64,000 bases of DNA, taken from Takakia lepidozioides. Taxonomy: Eukaryota; Plantae; Bryophyta. The translations under genes and the position numbers were made by a program. The notes under the pieces were generated by a model. That model searched no databases and was not told the origin of the DNA. It saw only the letters and a list, made by a program, of their open reading frames with translations. Shown in pieces: positions 1 through 12,225 of the stretch (its first letter is position 1; every line of letters begins with the position of its first letter). The stretch spans positions 71,796,001 to 71,860,000 of the forward strand of contig CM060732.1 of the NCBI GenBank assembly GCA_030704615.1, written 5' to 3'.

Positions 1-3000
1 CCATCCCAGGTATGTACCCCGGATCCACCATTGCCATGAATGGTGGTTACGACCACCGGATTTCCTCCTTAGTCGCAGCATGTGGATGCAAGATCTAGTA
101 TACCATTGCAAGAAGTCTATATAGATATCACTAATCGCGATCTCAATACTGATGTATCATGCTGCGCATGATACAGATATAAAGTTGTGCAGGAAAGGCA
201 CATCCTCAAACAAACCTGGGGCCTTTTACCTTCCAGGACTGGGAACTGTAGCCAGAAAATACTTGTTGTTGATAAAAAGCAGCACCGTTTTCCTCAGAAC
301 TGAAGGGCGCCGGACAAAAGCTCCTTAATCGCAGATTGTCCAACTCTTCTTTACAGTGTCCCTCATTACACTGAGAAGGTCTGGACAGCACTTGGGTCTC
401 TCTAACCCTCGGCCTACACTCTACCTAGCAGATCTCCACATACAGGAATATCTCAAGCCTCAAACATACACTTCCTTTCTCATTGACAAACTTGTTTATA
501 TATAGTCTTTCGGCCTGACTCCGATCTCTCCCTCTCTAGCTCTCTCTCTCTATATGTGTAGATTCATGAACATGTAGGGGACTCTTTAAAAATATCCTAT
601 TCTGAAAGGTACTATCGTGTTCCTCTTTAATCTTTGTCAAAAACACGGCGACATGTACACCCATATGTTCTGCGTCAATCACGCTCCGTCGCTCTTCTGT
701 CTGGCCCCAGAGCAGAACCCACGAGTTCTCACTTTGTGGAGAGTGCCTGCTCCACCAGTGGCCTTGCAGTCCCAGGTACTACTCAGTGGGGAGTCCGTTT
801 TGAACAGATCTCTTGGACCCACCTAAGCATCGCCCGTGTACCACTCGAAATGCACCACCGTGCGACAAAATCTAAGGACTAGGTTCCAGGTAGGCGCTGG
901 TGGACCCGACTTGAGGATACCAACCAATCGTTTGCAAACCAGCATGTTCAATTATTTTGTGTCAAAGTATTTTGCTGGGCAGTGTATGTGACAGTCTCTC
1001 ACTTCGTGACTCTTCATATTCACTTTCCAGGCCCCACTTCATAAATTGATTGCGCTGCGCAGTCACGTCAAGTGGCACCCGCACGCTGCAGGCAAATTTC
1101 TGCAGAAGCTCCTTCTCATTGATACACAAGCCTTCAGCACTTGAACTTGTCAAGTTGATTCAACGATTAGTATCATGTTTCCAGGCATGAACTGAATTAC
1201 ATTCTCGTTTCTTCTCAGATCATGAATGTCTTTAACCTTATGTACAATATGCATACTATAGTGCTATTATTCACGAAGTGGTAAGTTAGAAATCGAGATA
1301 AACTTAATGAAAGTCTGAACTCTGAAGCTGACACAATCACAATAAGAATGTGGAGAGCTAGCCAATACTATTCCACCAGGCCAGTTGGATAGTTCAAGCA
1401 AACATGTTGGGGATCCATGGCCTGCAAAGACGGCAAGGGTAAAATTAGCATGCGCTTGTGTCGGTTAGAGATGGAATGATCATTTGAATAACAAATGCTA
1501 CCTTGGGTTGCCGAGTAGGTGATGTGGCTCCCCCCCTCAATCATTTCAAGGAATCCCACTGAAGTTTCCAGACTGACAAGCGGCAAGTTGCAAGGCGGCC
1601 CAGGAGTCCCTCGTGAGTGAATTGGTTGCGATGGTGGGGGCGTAGGAAAATAATAGAGACTTAGGTATACAAGGCTAAAAGAAAAGGTTGCTCGCCGTAG
1701 TACCTGTATATTCTATATGCCCGGATCCCAATGTTGCTTGCTCTTTGTTTTTGCACAGTGCAGCACCCACCTTCTTAGGGGTACGTACTACGTACAGAAC
1801 TTAGCAGCGGAGCAGTTGGGGCTTGCCTGCTTCAGTGATTTAAAGGAAAAAACAGGAAAACATTCCAGAAGGTGCAGAAGGTGCACTTGTACAAGTTTGC
1901 AGTGTACTATCTTACAGCGGGCAGCTTCACTGACTTGGGGGCAGTGCAGTGTAACATCTCCTGTGTGGTCTACAACACTCCGAAAATAAGTACAGCAGAG
2001 ACTACTCTTGCTATTTATCGACGTGAGGATTCCACGTGTTTGAGAGACTTGGCCCAAGATTTGGGGAAGGGAGAATGGTTGCACGTCTGTGCAGCAACTT
2101 CGTTCTCACATTTGACTAGCATTGACATGGCTTGCGCACCGCTGTGTTGCCCGGAGCCACTAAGTTATTTGTGTCTACGCTGTTGTCGGTGTCTGGTAAT
2201 GGGTGAGGGCGCACGAAACTTCAGACCTGCCCATTCCACTGACAGCAGTCATTAAAACCATTTATGGTTTCCCTCTCAGGTGTCAGTTTCCCTGAGCATA
2301 CCAACCAGGAAGTAGTCTATGCCAATACTATGTCACCTCACTCCCTATTACTACCGCTCGATCTTCTTCCTGCGTATTCCATTGGTCGATTTCTAGTCAA
2401 TGGAATACCGGGTCCTCTGATCTTTTGCTCAGATTTTCTCACCACTAATAATTTCTAGGAGTATGCCCGGAGGATCATGGAACTAACCCAGACATCCAGT
2501 TACCTCGGGGCGGAGGCCCTGACTTATGCCATGGACGACACCGTGTAAGAAGTGATTGTTGGAATTTAGAATCTTCAAAGGAAGGGCCGACATGCAGGGA
2601 TTTGACTTAAGCACATTGTATTAACCTTTGACATAGACATTTTGATGAATAACAACAAATCTCTGCCACACTAATCTTGGCATACAGTATGTGCATTCGA
2701 ATTTCGAGGTTGCGTCTGAGGGTTCCGTTTCCAAAAGGCCTTTCCATGATCATCGATGATGCTCACAGATTCAGATTGTTCTGAAAAGCGTTCCAAGTGT
2801 TTTGGGTGTTGACCATAAAAGAAGTAAACCAACCACAGATAAGTATGATGACGCCAATCTCCTGCTCACCCAGACGATGATCAGGCAACAATGTGTTTTC
2901 ATCGGGACTCAGCACCGTTGACCGTCACTTTATGTGGAAGAACTTCGTCCGTCGTTTGCGAGTTTGTCATTGGCAGGGACTCTCATAGCCAAGGCCACCG

Positions 3001-4454
3001 CCACAGATGACTCATGAGGGATGCAAAGCCTCAACGCAGTTCCCATAACGCAGGACCTTGGCGCGTAGCGGTGTCAGGCCGTCCCTAAACGCCCGGTGGG
3101 GCGTCCGCTCGACGTAGTTTTCTAACGCAAGAGAACCTGCGTTATGCAGATGGAAGTGCGTTCTTTGAAAGCTGCAACCTGTAGTAAGGGCGCCACCAAT
3201 GTGGGAAGGCGCCACGAGAGCACGAAAAGGAGGAAAAAAGGTTGCACTGACGTCACCCTCTACCTTAGCAACCAATCCCTGCTGTTGAAACTGGGTCCAC
3301 CAAGGAAGGACTTGTGTGGCCGCTCCCCTTGCAACGTTGGGAAGACCCGTTCTCCGACGTGCGTCCTCCCAACTGAGGCAAATGGTATGTGTGGCCTGGC
3401 CATCAATTGCTGTGATGGACTGTTGGAACAACCTCCGATTTGCACTCCGATTTGCACTGCTCGATAGTTTCAAGCTATCCAGATTCCGGAATCCGCAGAA
3501 GAAAAATGAGATTTTAATGAATTCATATAACATACTGGAGTCCGAACTGGGAACCTCTCGTGAGGAACTTGGCATCAAATCAATTTCAGATGCTACAAGC
3601 TACAAGCTACATGCAAGATGCTCCTGGAGGACGGTACTCTGCCCGGCATGAGTCTTGCTTGTTTTTCCTTTATGTGTTTCTTTACCATTATAAGAGAAAA
3701 ACAAAACAGACTTGTCCGAAAGCATTAACTTTGCGCATATTAAATGTTCTGAAATTCAGAAGAAAGCATTTGTTTAGTAGGGAGAGCAGGTGTGTCGTTG
3801 TCGCTGGTGCGGAGTGATGAGAGGTCCAGAGAAGGCCCTAGCCATCGACCTGTCTCCATGTAGTTGATGTGAGATTTCCACAGAGATGTCGGAACGGCAT
3901 GGGCTCGTGTACTTTTTGGAAAGTGCAACTGCGTACGACTCACTGTAGTCTGCGACCAGTAACTCGTGTGACCCAGTAAGGACTCTGGAGACCAAAGAAG
4001 AAATTCTTCACAAACCTCCCTAGAAAACGCCTTTGTTCATAACTTCCGAACCAGATCAAGTGCTGATCCAAACAACTTGTAAGTATCAGGGGAAAAAACT
4101 GATCACCTCCCAACTCTATCGCCTCACACTCTACCTCTTACCGCGGACGCACTTTTAATGCTATTGGCTCTTGTATATTTTAATGCTATTGGCTATTGGC
4201 TCTTGTAGTCTGTGACGGATACAAGATTCAATTTTTGTTGGATTGATATGTCACCCCAGCTGATGTCACCCCAGCTGATGTCACCCTCATTTGATGTTGC
4301 CTCACTCTTTAACTCTCTGTCACTTCTTTTTGCAATTTGTATACGCCAGTCGAATTTCTTGACACCTACTTGGAGTTACAGCAATTGGGGTGACACTCCC
4401 TTCAGTGTCACTCCTGTGTCACTCCGGCTCACTGTTTTTAAATCTGGCAGAAAG

Positions 4455-5380
4455 TCGACCTGGAAAACGCGTCGGCTACTTTTACAAAGGAATTATGGGC
4501 GCCAGATGGGCTAATGATTATATATTAAGAGCCAGATGTTTCCTACGTGGACCTGTTAAAATGTGAAACCTGCTATATAACCACTGTTCTAATGCTACCA
4601 CTTACTGTAGTTATTCTCGCACATGGGCGCCGGGTAGAATTCACATGTGTTCTTGTGGCGATTTTGGGGAAGTCAGAAAACAACACGTGTCCCTCCCATA
4701 TGTCATCCCCTATGACGTGTCAACTGGTACCTGGACCTCTGAATTTTGTATAGCCTGGTCATAATGACCGTGCAGGGTGCCACAGGGGACAATGCGCTGT
4801 TGACTCGCGGTCAAACATTCAGTATTATTCTTTTTCAAGCAATACCTCCATAAAAGATAAATTTGTAGCAAGAGGAAATAGGTAATCTAGTAACGTCCAT
4901 TTGGATTTGGTGGCTGATTGAGTCTGAATACTCCTTAAAGTAGTCTAGCTATGTATGTGAAATTATCTTCATGGAGGTAATCATGAGACTACTTGCATGG
5001 AGGTAGGCTTCTGTCTGTTTTCCGCTCCCAAAATCAATTCACGTTGTGGCAGGGTTAATTCCATGGAGGTTGTCCATATCCATCTTAATGTTCCCACCAA
5101 CCGACCAACCTCATTACCACCAGTCTGTACAAGATTCCAGAGGCTGCATCAGTGTTGTTGTTTTGCAAAATCGCCACAAGGGCCACATGTTAATTCTACC
5201 CAGCACCCACGGGGCGAGAATAATGAGGTGGCAGGGTTAGAAAAGTGGCTATATAATGGGTGTCACATTTTAACAGGTCCACGTAGGAAAATTCTGGCTC
5301 CTTGTTGGCACTTTCTGGCAAATTTTTATTTTTACTCCCATAATTCCTTTGTAAAAGTAGCTGGCCCATTTTCCAGATCG
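4455..5380. repeat. Diverged inverted repeat pair (~200-bp arms, ~4455-4670 and ~5165-5380); non-autonomous DNA-transposon family with a third copy at ~55410-55555
   Basis: ACTTTTACAAAGGAATTATGGG (4478) matches the reverse complement at ~5338-5360. TTTCCTACGTGGACCTGTTAAAATGTGA (~4539) matches the reverse complement at ~5263-5290. A related CCTACATGGACCTGTT...GATTTTGG sequence lies at ~55426-55550. Confidence 0.65.
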
Positions 5381-5424
5381 GAAAAAGGGCCAGAAAGTGG
5401 GCTGCATACAAGATTGAGGCAAGA

Positions 5425-5590
5425 CAACCAAGTAATATTATGGGCACATACCACCTCGGAAGTGGTTGTGGGTTCAATCACTGATTGGTGTCACAAAGAT
5501 GTTCACCTTCTTATGGGAAGGCAGTAGCCCTTGGTTCAAGAGACACCATAATTTACGCCCCCTTCCCCTTCGGGAGGCGTTGTATATTAT
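5425..5590 (+). mobile_element. tRNA-derived SINE, family A, copy 1
   Basis: ATGGGCACATACCAC...GTGGTTGTGGGTTCAATC (B-box-like) and a 3' ACGC...CCCTTCGGGAGGCGT stem-loop. Homologous to the copies at 6400-6560 and 42160-42320. Confidence 0.6.
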
Positions 5591-6399
5591 ATTATTGAGC
5601 GGCAGTGGACTGTGTCACTCCAATATGTGTCACTCTTGGGAGGGGATGGAAAGATTCGACAAGTCAAAAATCGACACAAGCACCATGCTTTCCATAAGTT
5701 CTTGCATTATTGCTATCGTTGATTTGAGAAATGAAATGTCAACTCCTACCTAAGGAAAATTAATTAACTTATGTTGTCATTTCACCCAAAGGCCATTGCC
5801 TTTTGTTTGGATGTTTTAAGTAACAAACAATGACTTTAACCCTGAAACACCCAACAAGCAAAGGTCATTTTTTGGATTAAATTAAACTGGACAGAAAATC
5901 CAGTATAAAAGCTCAAAAAATCATCACAAAACAAGTTTGACCTAAAATCAACTTGCTCTGGCATCCATAGTAAGAAAAAACTAGATAAAAGTATATAGTA
6001 CGTGATATTGTTCTTGGTACTTAGTAAGTACAATATGTGTACCCGTGTACTCTTTTGCCAACACTGTTATAATTGTTTAATGGGGCCTTGCCTCATGGGT
6101 CCATTATTGCCAACCTCCTCTCCCTTGCTGCTTTCATGGTGGGCTCCCCCTTTCTCTTGTGCAGTTACTGCCTTGTTTCTATTTTTCTCCCTCCATACTC
6201 GAAATTGTTGGTATCTGGAAAGGAATATATGTTTGGTATATTCCAAAATCTTATCTGTAACCCTAAACCACTTAGATGGATGAAAGGATATAAATGGATA
6301 GGTGAAGTAATACATATAATCTTCTTAACATGTACCATGTAAGTGGCTTAAGTAAAATTTTGGGGCGTATTGGCGGAAGATAATAGAAATAATGTAAAA

Positions 6400-6560
6400 G
6401 TATGACGCCTCCTGAAGGGAGCGTAACTTATGGTGTCACTTTATCACAAGGGCTACTGCCTTCCAGCTGAAAGGTGGACACCTTCATGACACATCAGACC
6501 GTGGTTTGAACCCACAACCACATCCAACGTGGTATGTGCCCATTACCACTTGGCTACATT
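6400..6560 (-). mobile_element. tRNA-derived SINE, family A, copy 2
   Basis: The minus strand reads GTAGCCAAGTGGTAA (A box)...GGTTCAAACC (B box)...TACGCTCCCTTCAGGAGGCGTCA. Confidence 0.65.
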
Positions 6561-6598
6561 TTGGTTGTCAAAAAAAATGATGTAAGAATTTAGAGCAG

Positions 6599-6976
6599 GG
6601 TTCCATGGGCAGCTGTAAGCCCCCCCAAGAATCGCCCCAGGATTAGTGAGGCGCTAATGGTCCAAATAACATAAACCCTCAGGGGGCCCCCACGGAATCG
6701 CTCCGACGGGAGAAAAAAAAGCCGTCCCTTCACAAGGGGCGATCCAGTTTCAGGGCGCCCCCTTAAGGGACACCTTTGTCTTTTCCAACAGCGGGGCCGG
6801 CAGACTTACAGAATACATTGGTTTCCATCCAAACTGAAGTTAAATTTTAGGGGAGGAAATGATTTTGATATTTTCATCCAAAACTTATATTAATTGTACA
6901 TTTACTATGTCATGGGCCCACAACAATTGGTGCCAAAGATTTTAGAGGGGTGAATGGAAAGCTGTCCATGGAATCA
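6599..6976. mobile_element. Putative MITE
   Basis: Terminal inverted repeat TTCCATGG(G/A)CAGCT at ~6601-6615 and ~6960-6973; non-coding interior. Confidence 0.4.
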
Positions 6977-8338
6977 CCCCTTCTCCTTTTTAAGGGGCGA
7001 TTCCCTCCTCATGCGCTTGCTTGGGGGCGTCTGGAGTGACACGTGCTACCTCTAACAGGATGGTGGGCCGGTTTTTGGCATGTCAAATCTTCCCCACCCT
7101 CTCTTGAGAGTGACATGGAACTGAAGGAGTGTAAACTCTAGTCGGGGTTACACAACGAGGTGTGTAACTCCATTCAGGATTACACAGAATGGAGTGTAAC
7201 TCCAGTCGGTGTAACACACACTTGGTCTCGAAATTTGACTAAGTCCAAATGTGGCTAAGTATAAAATGGACTATCTAAATGGACTAACTAGAGTTACATG
7301 AGAGACCGGAGTTACTGAGGGTTACACGGATTGGAATACTAATACCCGGGGTTACACTACGAGAGCCTCCCACCAAGAATCAAACCCAGAACCGCCTGCA
7401 ATGTTAACACCTTCTTAAGTATTTAATAATGAAACGAAGGTAAGATGGGGTGGGGAGGATTTGACAGGGGCGCAGCCAGAGGCAACCAACGGGGAGAACC
7501 GGCAGCTAGTTACATGCTAGCCGACTGATTCCAAGGATTTCCGAGTGAAAATTGAAACCTTCGGAAATTTACCGAATATGTTCACATAGGAAATTGACTA
7601 TTGCAGTTACCATTAAGGGGAAGCAACCAACTCCCCAACCCACTTAGCCGGTTGGTTCTCAGAATGAGGGGCCATTGGCTGGTTCAACTGAAATTATTTC
7701 CCGGACGCTGGCCAGAGGAGCCCAGGCTGCAGGGATCCGGCGAAAGTACCGTCAGATCGCACGTGTCCATTAAGTTCTTACATTATTCCTATTGTCTTCT
7801 ATTCCTATTGTCTTCCAGTATTGGCCTGCTCTCCTTTGGTAGGTTTCTCATGAGGGTTTATTTTTTCCCTCTTTTGTTATGAAGTTTTGGCTCTGCCCTT
7901 TGGAGGGAACTTAACAATAGCAATACTGTATAAACTTAATGCAAGTATGCAATCTCTAATACTACGCCAGTTTCCTACTTCTTAGATCTTCCCAACCCCC
8001 TATGGAGAGTGACACCAATTAGGAGTGGTACACGGGACTGTCATTCCAATCACTGTAACGGGTCCCGAAATTTGACCAAGTATTAAAAGCACAAGAGGGA
8101 GTGACACCATAAAGGAATAACACTGGAGTGACATAGCACTGGAGTGACATGTACCGGGCTGATGAAGCCAAAAAACAAAAATTACATGGCAAACACAATT
8201 CGTCAACGACAATTTGTTATGGTATGTATAGGAGAAGTTGAAGTACTGCCTGTCACATTCAATGAAACAAAGAGTGTCTTTCCGCTTTACTCTTTGTTTA
8301 CATAATGATAGATTCCAATGTTTCCACACTCCTGCATT

Positions 8339-11031
8339 TCACCAGTAATCCCCACAAGAGCAAACCCCATCTTGGAAGTGGTGAAAGCGGTTGGCATCCC
8401 GTAAAATAATGGCCCGCCGAACAATCTTTGAGATGAGCCCAAAAGCAATGGCCAACCTCTCACCGTGGTGGCCAAGAGAAGATTCTTTTTGCTCCTCACC
8501 CACATCATACAACACAAAGGGGTGTCAGGAACATACCCAGCCTCCTTCATCTGCCCAGACAATCTTTGCAACTCAGCATGAATTGCCTCAAGTTGTGGAT
8601 GCGATTGGTCATCTACAATGAATGTATGCACCTGGCTGTCTACCTCAATCCAGCACTGCCCTGGCACCTTTTTCACACCTCTGTCCTCCATCATTTTTCT
8701 CACCTTTGCTGTATCATCCCACCTGCCAGCAGCAGCATAAATATTTGATAGCAGCACATAAGTTGAAGCATCCAGTGGATCCAACATAAGAAGAGATTTT
8801 GCTGCGCGTCCAGCTACCTCCACATTGCCATACATTCTGCAGGCAGCAAGCAAGGCCCCCCACACTGCAGGATCTGCTTCAAACAGCATTTTCTTTATGA
8901 AGTCCTCAGCATCATCCAGTCGCCCAGCACGGCCAAGAAGGTCCACCATGCAGCCAAAATGCTCCACTACCGGAGTGAGGCCATGATCTCTTGTCATGGA
9001 ATGAAAATAGTGACAGCCTTCTCCACTAGACCTACATGGCTACATGCAGAGAAAAGAAATGTAAATGTGACAAGATTCGGCTTCACACATTTCTGTTGCC
9101 TGCCATACCCATGCTGAGCCTATCCTGCGATCATTGCAGTCCATGAGACCACATCTCGCCGAGCCATACTATCAAACACTTGACGTGCTTCATTCATGCT
9201 CCCACATTTGGCATACATGTCAGCCAGCGCAGTCTCCAAAATAGGGTCTGGTGCAATTCCAGCTTTGATGATGTCAGCACGGACCTCCTTGCCTTTTTCC
9301 AATGCTGTGAGACTGGCACACGCATTGAGAACACAATTGAACGTCACCCTGTCAGCCGTCACCCCTTCTTGTATCATTTTCTCATACATCACCAACACTT
9401 CCCTACCACAGCCATGCTGAGCATATCCTGCCATCATGGCATTCCATGACACCACATTTGGCTTCAAGCATTCCTGTTGCATGTCTTCAAATAGTTGCAA
9501 GGCCTCCCTGGCACACCCATGCTGAGCATATCCTGCGATCATTGCAGTCCAAGAGACCACATTTCGTTGAGCCATATTGTCAAACACATGACGTGCATCC
9601 TTTAAGCCAAATAACTTTCTTCTCAACACCCTTGTCAACATGTATTCCAAGTGTGGGAGTGTGGTAGATGCACGCCAAGTGTTTGACAAAATGCCTGAAC
9701 GAGATTTGTTCACATGGACTATGATGATGGCAGGTTATGCAAAGCGTGGGTATGGTAGGGAAGCTTTCGACATCTATCAGCAAATGAAACGGAAAGGGTT
9801 GACGCCTGACAATGTCACCTTCACCTTGCATTCTCACAGCGTGTGTCAGCCTGGCAGATCCAGAAATGGGCATAGAGGTCCATGCTGACATCGTCAAGGC
9901 TGGAATTGCTCCAGATATCATTCTGGAGAATACCCTCATTGACATGTATGCCAAATGTGGGTACATGAAGGATGCGTGTCGAGTGTTTGACAAGATGGCT
10001 CAACACGATGTGGTCTCATGGAATTCAATGGTTGCAGGATATGCTCAGCATGGGTGTGGTAGGGAGGCTCTGGAATTGTATGCGCAGATGGTGCGGGAAG
10101 GGGTGACACCCGACAAGGTCACATTTATTTGCATTCTCAAGGCCTGTGCCAGTCTGGCCGATCTCGAAAAGGGCAGAGAAGTCCATGCTGACATCATCAA
10201 AGCTAGAATTGGGCAAAATATGATGCTGGAGACTGCCCTTGCTGACATGTATGCACTTTGGATAATGTGGGTGTGTACCTGCTTTCCCATTTCAAGGTTT
10301 TCAATTCTGATGCACTCCCGCAAGAGACAGACATAGGTGTTGGAGTTCGCCGAGCTGCCTTGTTGGTTCAATATGTGCAGTGCACTCCCACATTTGGCAT
10401 ACATTTCAATAAGGGCCTTCTCCAGAGTCATATCTGGCACAATTCCAGCATTGATGATGTCAGCGTGGACCTCAATGCCCTTTTCAAGATCTGCCAGGCT
10501 GGCACACACCTTGAGAACACAAGTAAACGTGACCGTGTTTGGCATCATCCCATCCTCTATCATTTGCTTATAGATCTCTAAGGCCTCCCTACCACACCCA
10601 TGCTGGGCATATACTTCCATCATCATATTCCATGTAAACATATCTCGATCAGGCATTTCGTCAAACACACGCCGAGCATCAACCACACTTCTGCACTTGG
10701 CATACATGTTGACAAGGGCCTTCAGGAGAAAGATGTTAGGCTTGAATCCCCTTTGGATAATGTGGGCATGCACCTGCTTCCCTTCTGCTAGGCCTTTCAT
10801 CTTGGTACACTCGTGCAAGAGACAAACATAAGTATTCGAGTCTGCTGAAATGCATCCTCGGTTCAAAATGTGCAGCGCCTCTTTCAGTTGTCCTGCATTG
10901 CACAGTGTCATCACATCCCCATAAGCGCCAGAAGTGTTGTGGTTAATTCCCATTCTTGGTTGTTGTTGAATAGCAGTTTTCACAGTGGAGGTGCCTGATT
11001 GAAACAACTGTGCCTGATTCAAGCCTGCCAT
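8339..11031 (-). pseudogene. PLS-class PPR-E-DYW RNA-editing factor pseudogene, disrupted by an internal inversion (~9601-10254), frameshifts and a DYW deletion
   Basis: N-terminus and PLS repeats at 11031-10255 (-), inverted repeats at 9601-10254 (+), and further repeats at 9600-9000 (-) with stops. E/E+ domain and PG box (KKVPGQCWIEV) present. After a frameshift at ~8520 the frame reads [43 protein letters not shown], with the stop at 8339-8341. Confidence 0.93.
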
Positions 11032-12225
11032 CCTGCATGACTCAAAACTCTTAATTACAAACCCTTGACCCTCAAGTCGACAAAAAATCCTGACTCAAAG
11101 AAAGACCTGTTCATGAGGACCTTGCTACATATTACCAGGTTATTTATCTCGCATATCATTCCACAGCAAAGCATAGGTGAAAACCTGTAACAAATAACCA
11201 GCTGAGATTCCAGCTGCAACACCTTGAATGTCTTTATGCATCTGTGTAAGACTCCCCTGTTGTGGGCTAACTTCCTACGCACCCCAGCACACAGCTTTTG
11301 GCTAACTTGCATGCAAAAATAAGAGATCTATGCTCCTTGCAATATGTAATGAATTGCTCACTGTTCTGTAGTGCTGAAAATTACAATTAGGGTACTTTAG
11401 CAGACCCCATGCAACTGACAGAGAAAGATCAGAACTCCAGGCATTAATTTGCTACAATTTTTTTCAATTCATCTTGTTCTCTGCTTCTGCAAAACAGTCA
11501 GGCATACACACCTTATGGCCTTGACTGGGGTTTGGAAAGTACTCGACCCCAAGCTTCTCCACGTCTGTATTAGGCTTATTGAACATGTTTCTGTGCCGGA
11601 AACTTCCTTGCTGAGTGTGACTACGGACTGCCGCCTTGCTTATCCCCCTGTCCATAAACCTCCTCTACTGCTCTCCATTGCCCAGCAATTGGCTGGAAAC
11701 AGTTTGAAACACATCTCAATGCAATGCGGTTTGGAAGATGCTGAAGGGCGTACAGAGTGTTCAGCTCACACTTGGTTGAAACTTCCACCGAGATGCCTCG
11801 AGAACATGCTGAGAAGGAAGACATGTCCCCTATGCTCACCGTATGCGCTGCCATGATTTCTCTTTCTCCACCTCTTCCGACAAACGCAGGTATGGAAAAG
11901 GAGGAAATTCGCAGGGGAAATGAGCCCTTCGCTCAGGCATCCTTCACCCGCTCACCATGTTTTACTAATTGGACTCCAAAGGAGCAGCCCAAGTAGATAG
12001 GTGTGTTGGCTTACCTGCAAAAGTGCACCTGAAGGAGCAGCCACGTGTAACTATATGTTTGTCCTTATACCTTTATGGAATACCTAGTCACAATCTTACC
12101 ACCCAAATGGCAGATGGCTTCTTCTTCAAAACTTGGTAGTTTCTTTGTACACTAGCAATACTTTAGTACCCACCAGGACTTGCCACCCGCTAGCTTTTTG
12201 TTCTTTGGAGAGAATTTGTTATGCG

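Noticed and set aside
1-4200. LTR-like and coding-like stretches, including ORFs 3012-3578 and 3316-3651 and a PBS-like TGGTATC on the minus strand near 920
   Set aside because: No recognisable domain, partner LTR or TSD in the window. Probably TE debris, but not supportable.
9580-10336. Overlapping sense/antisense PPR ORFs suggesting a bidirectional gene
   Set aside because: Explained by the internal inversion and by the tendency of PPR antisense frames to stay open.
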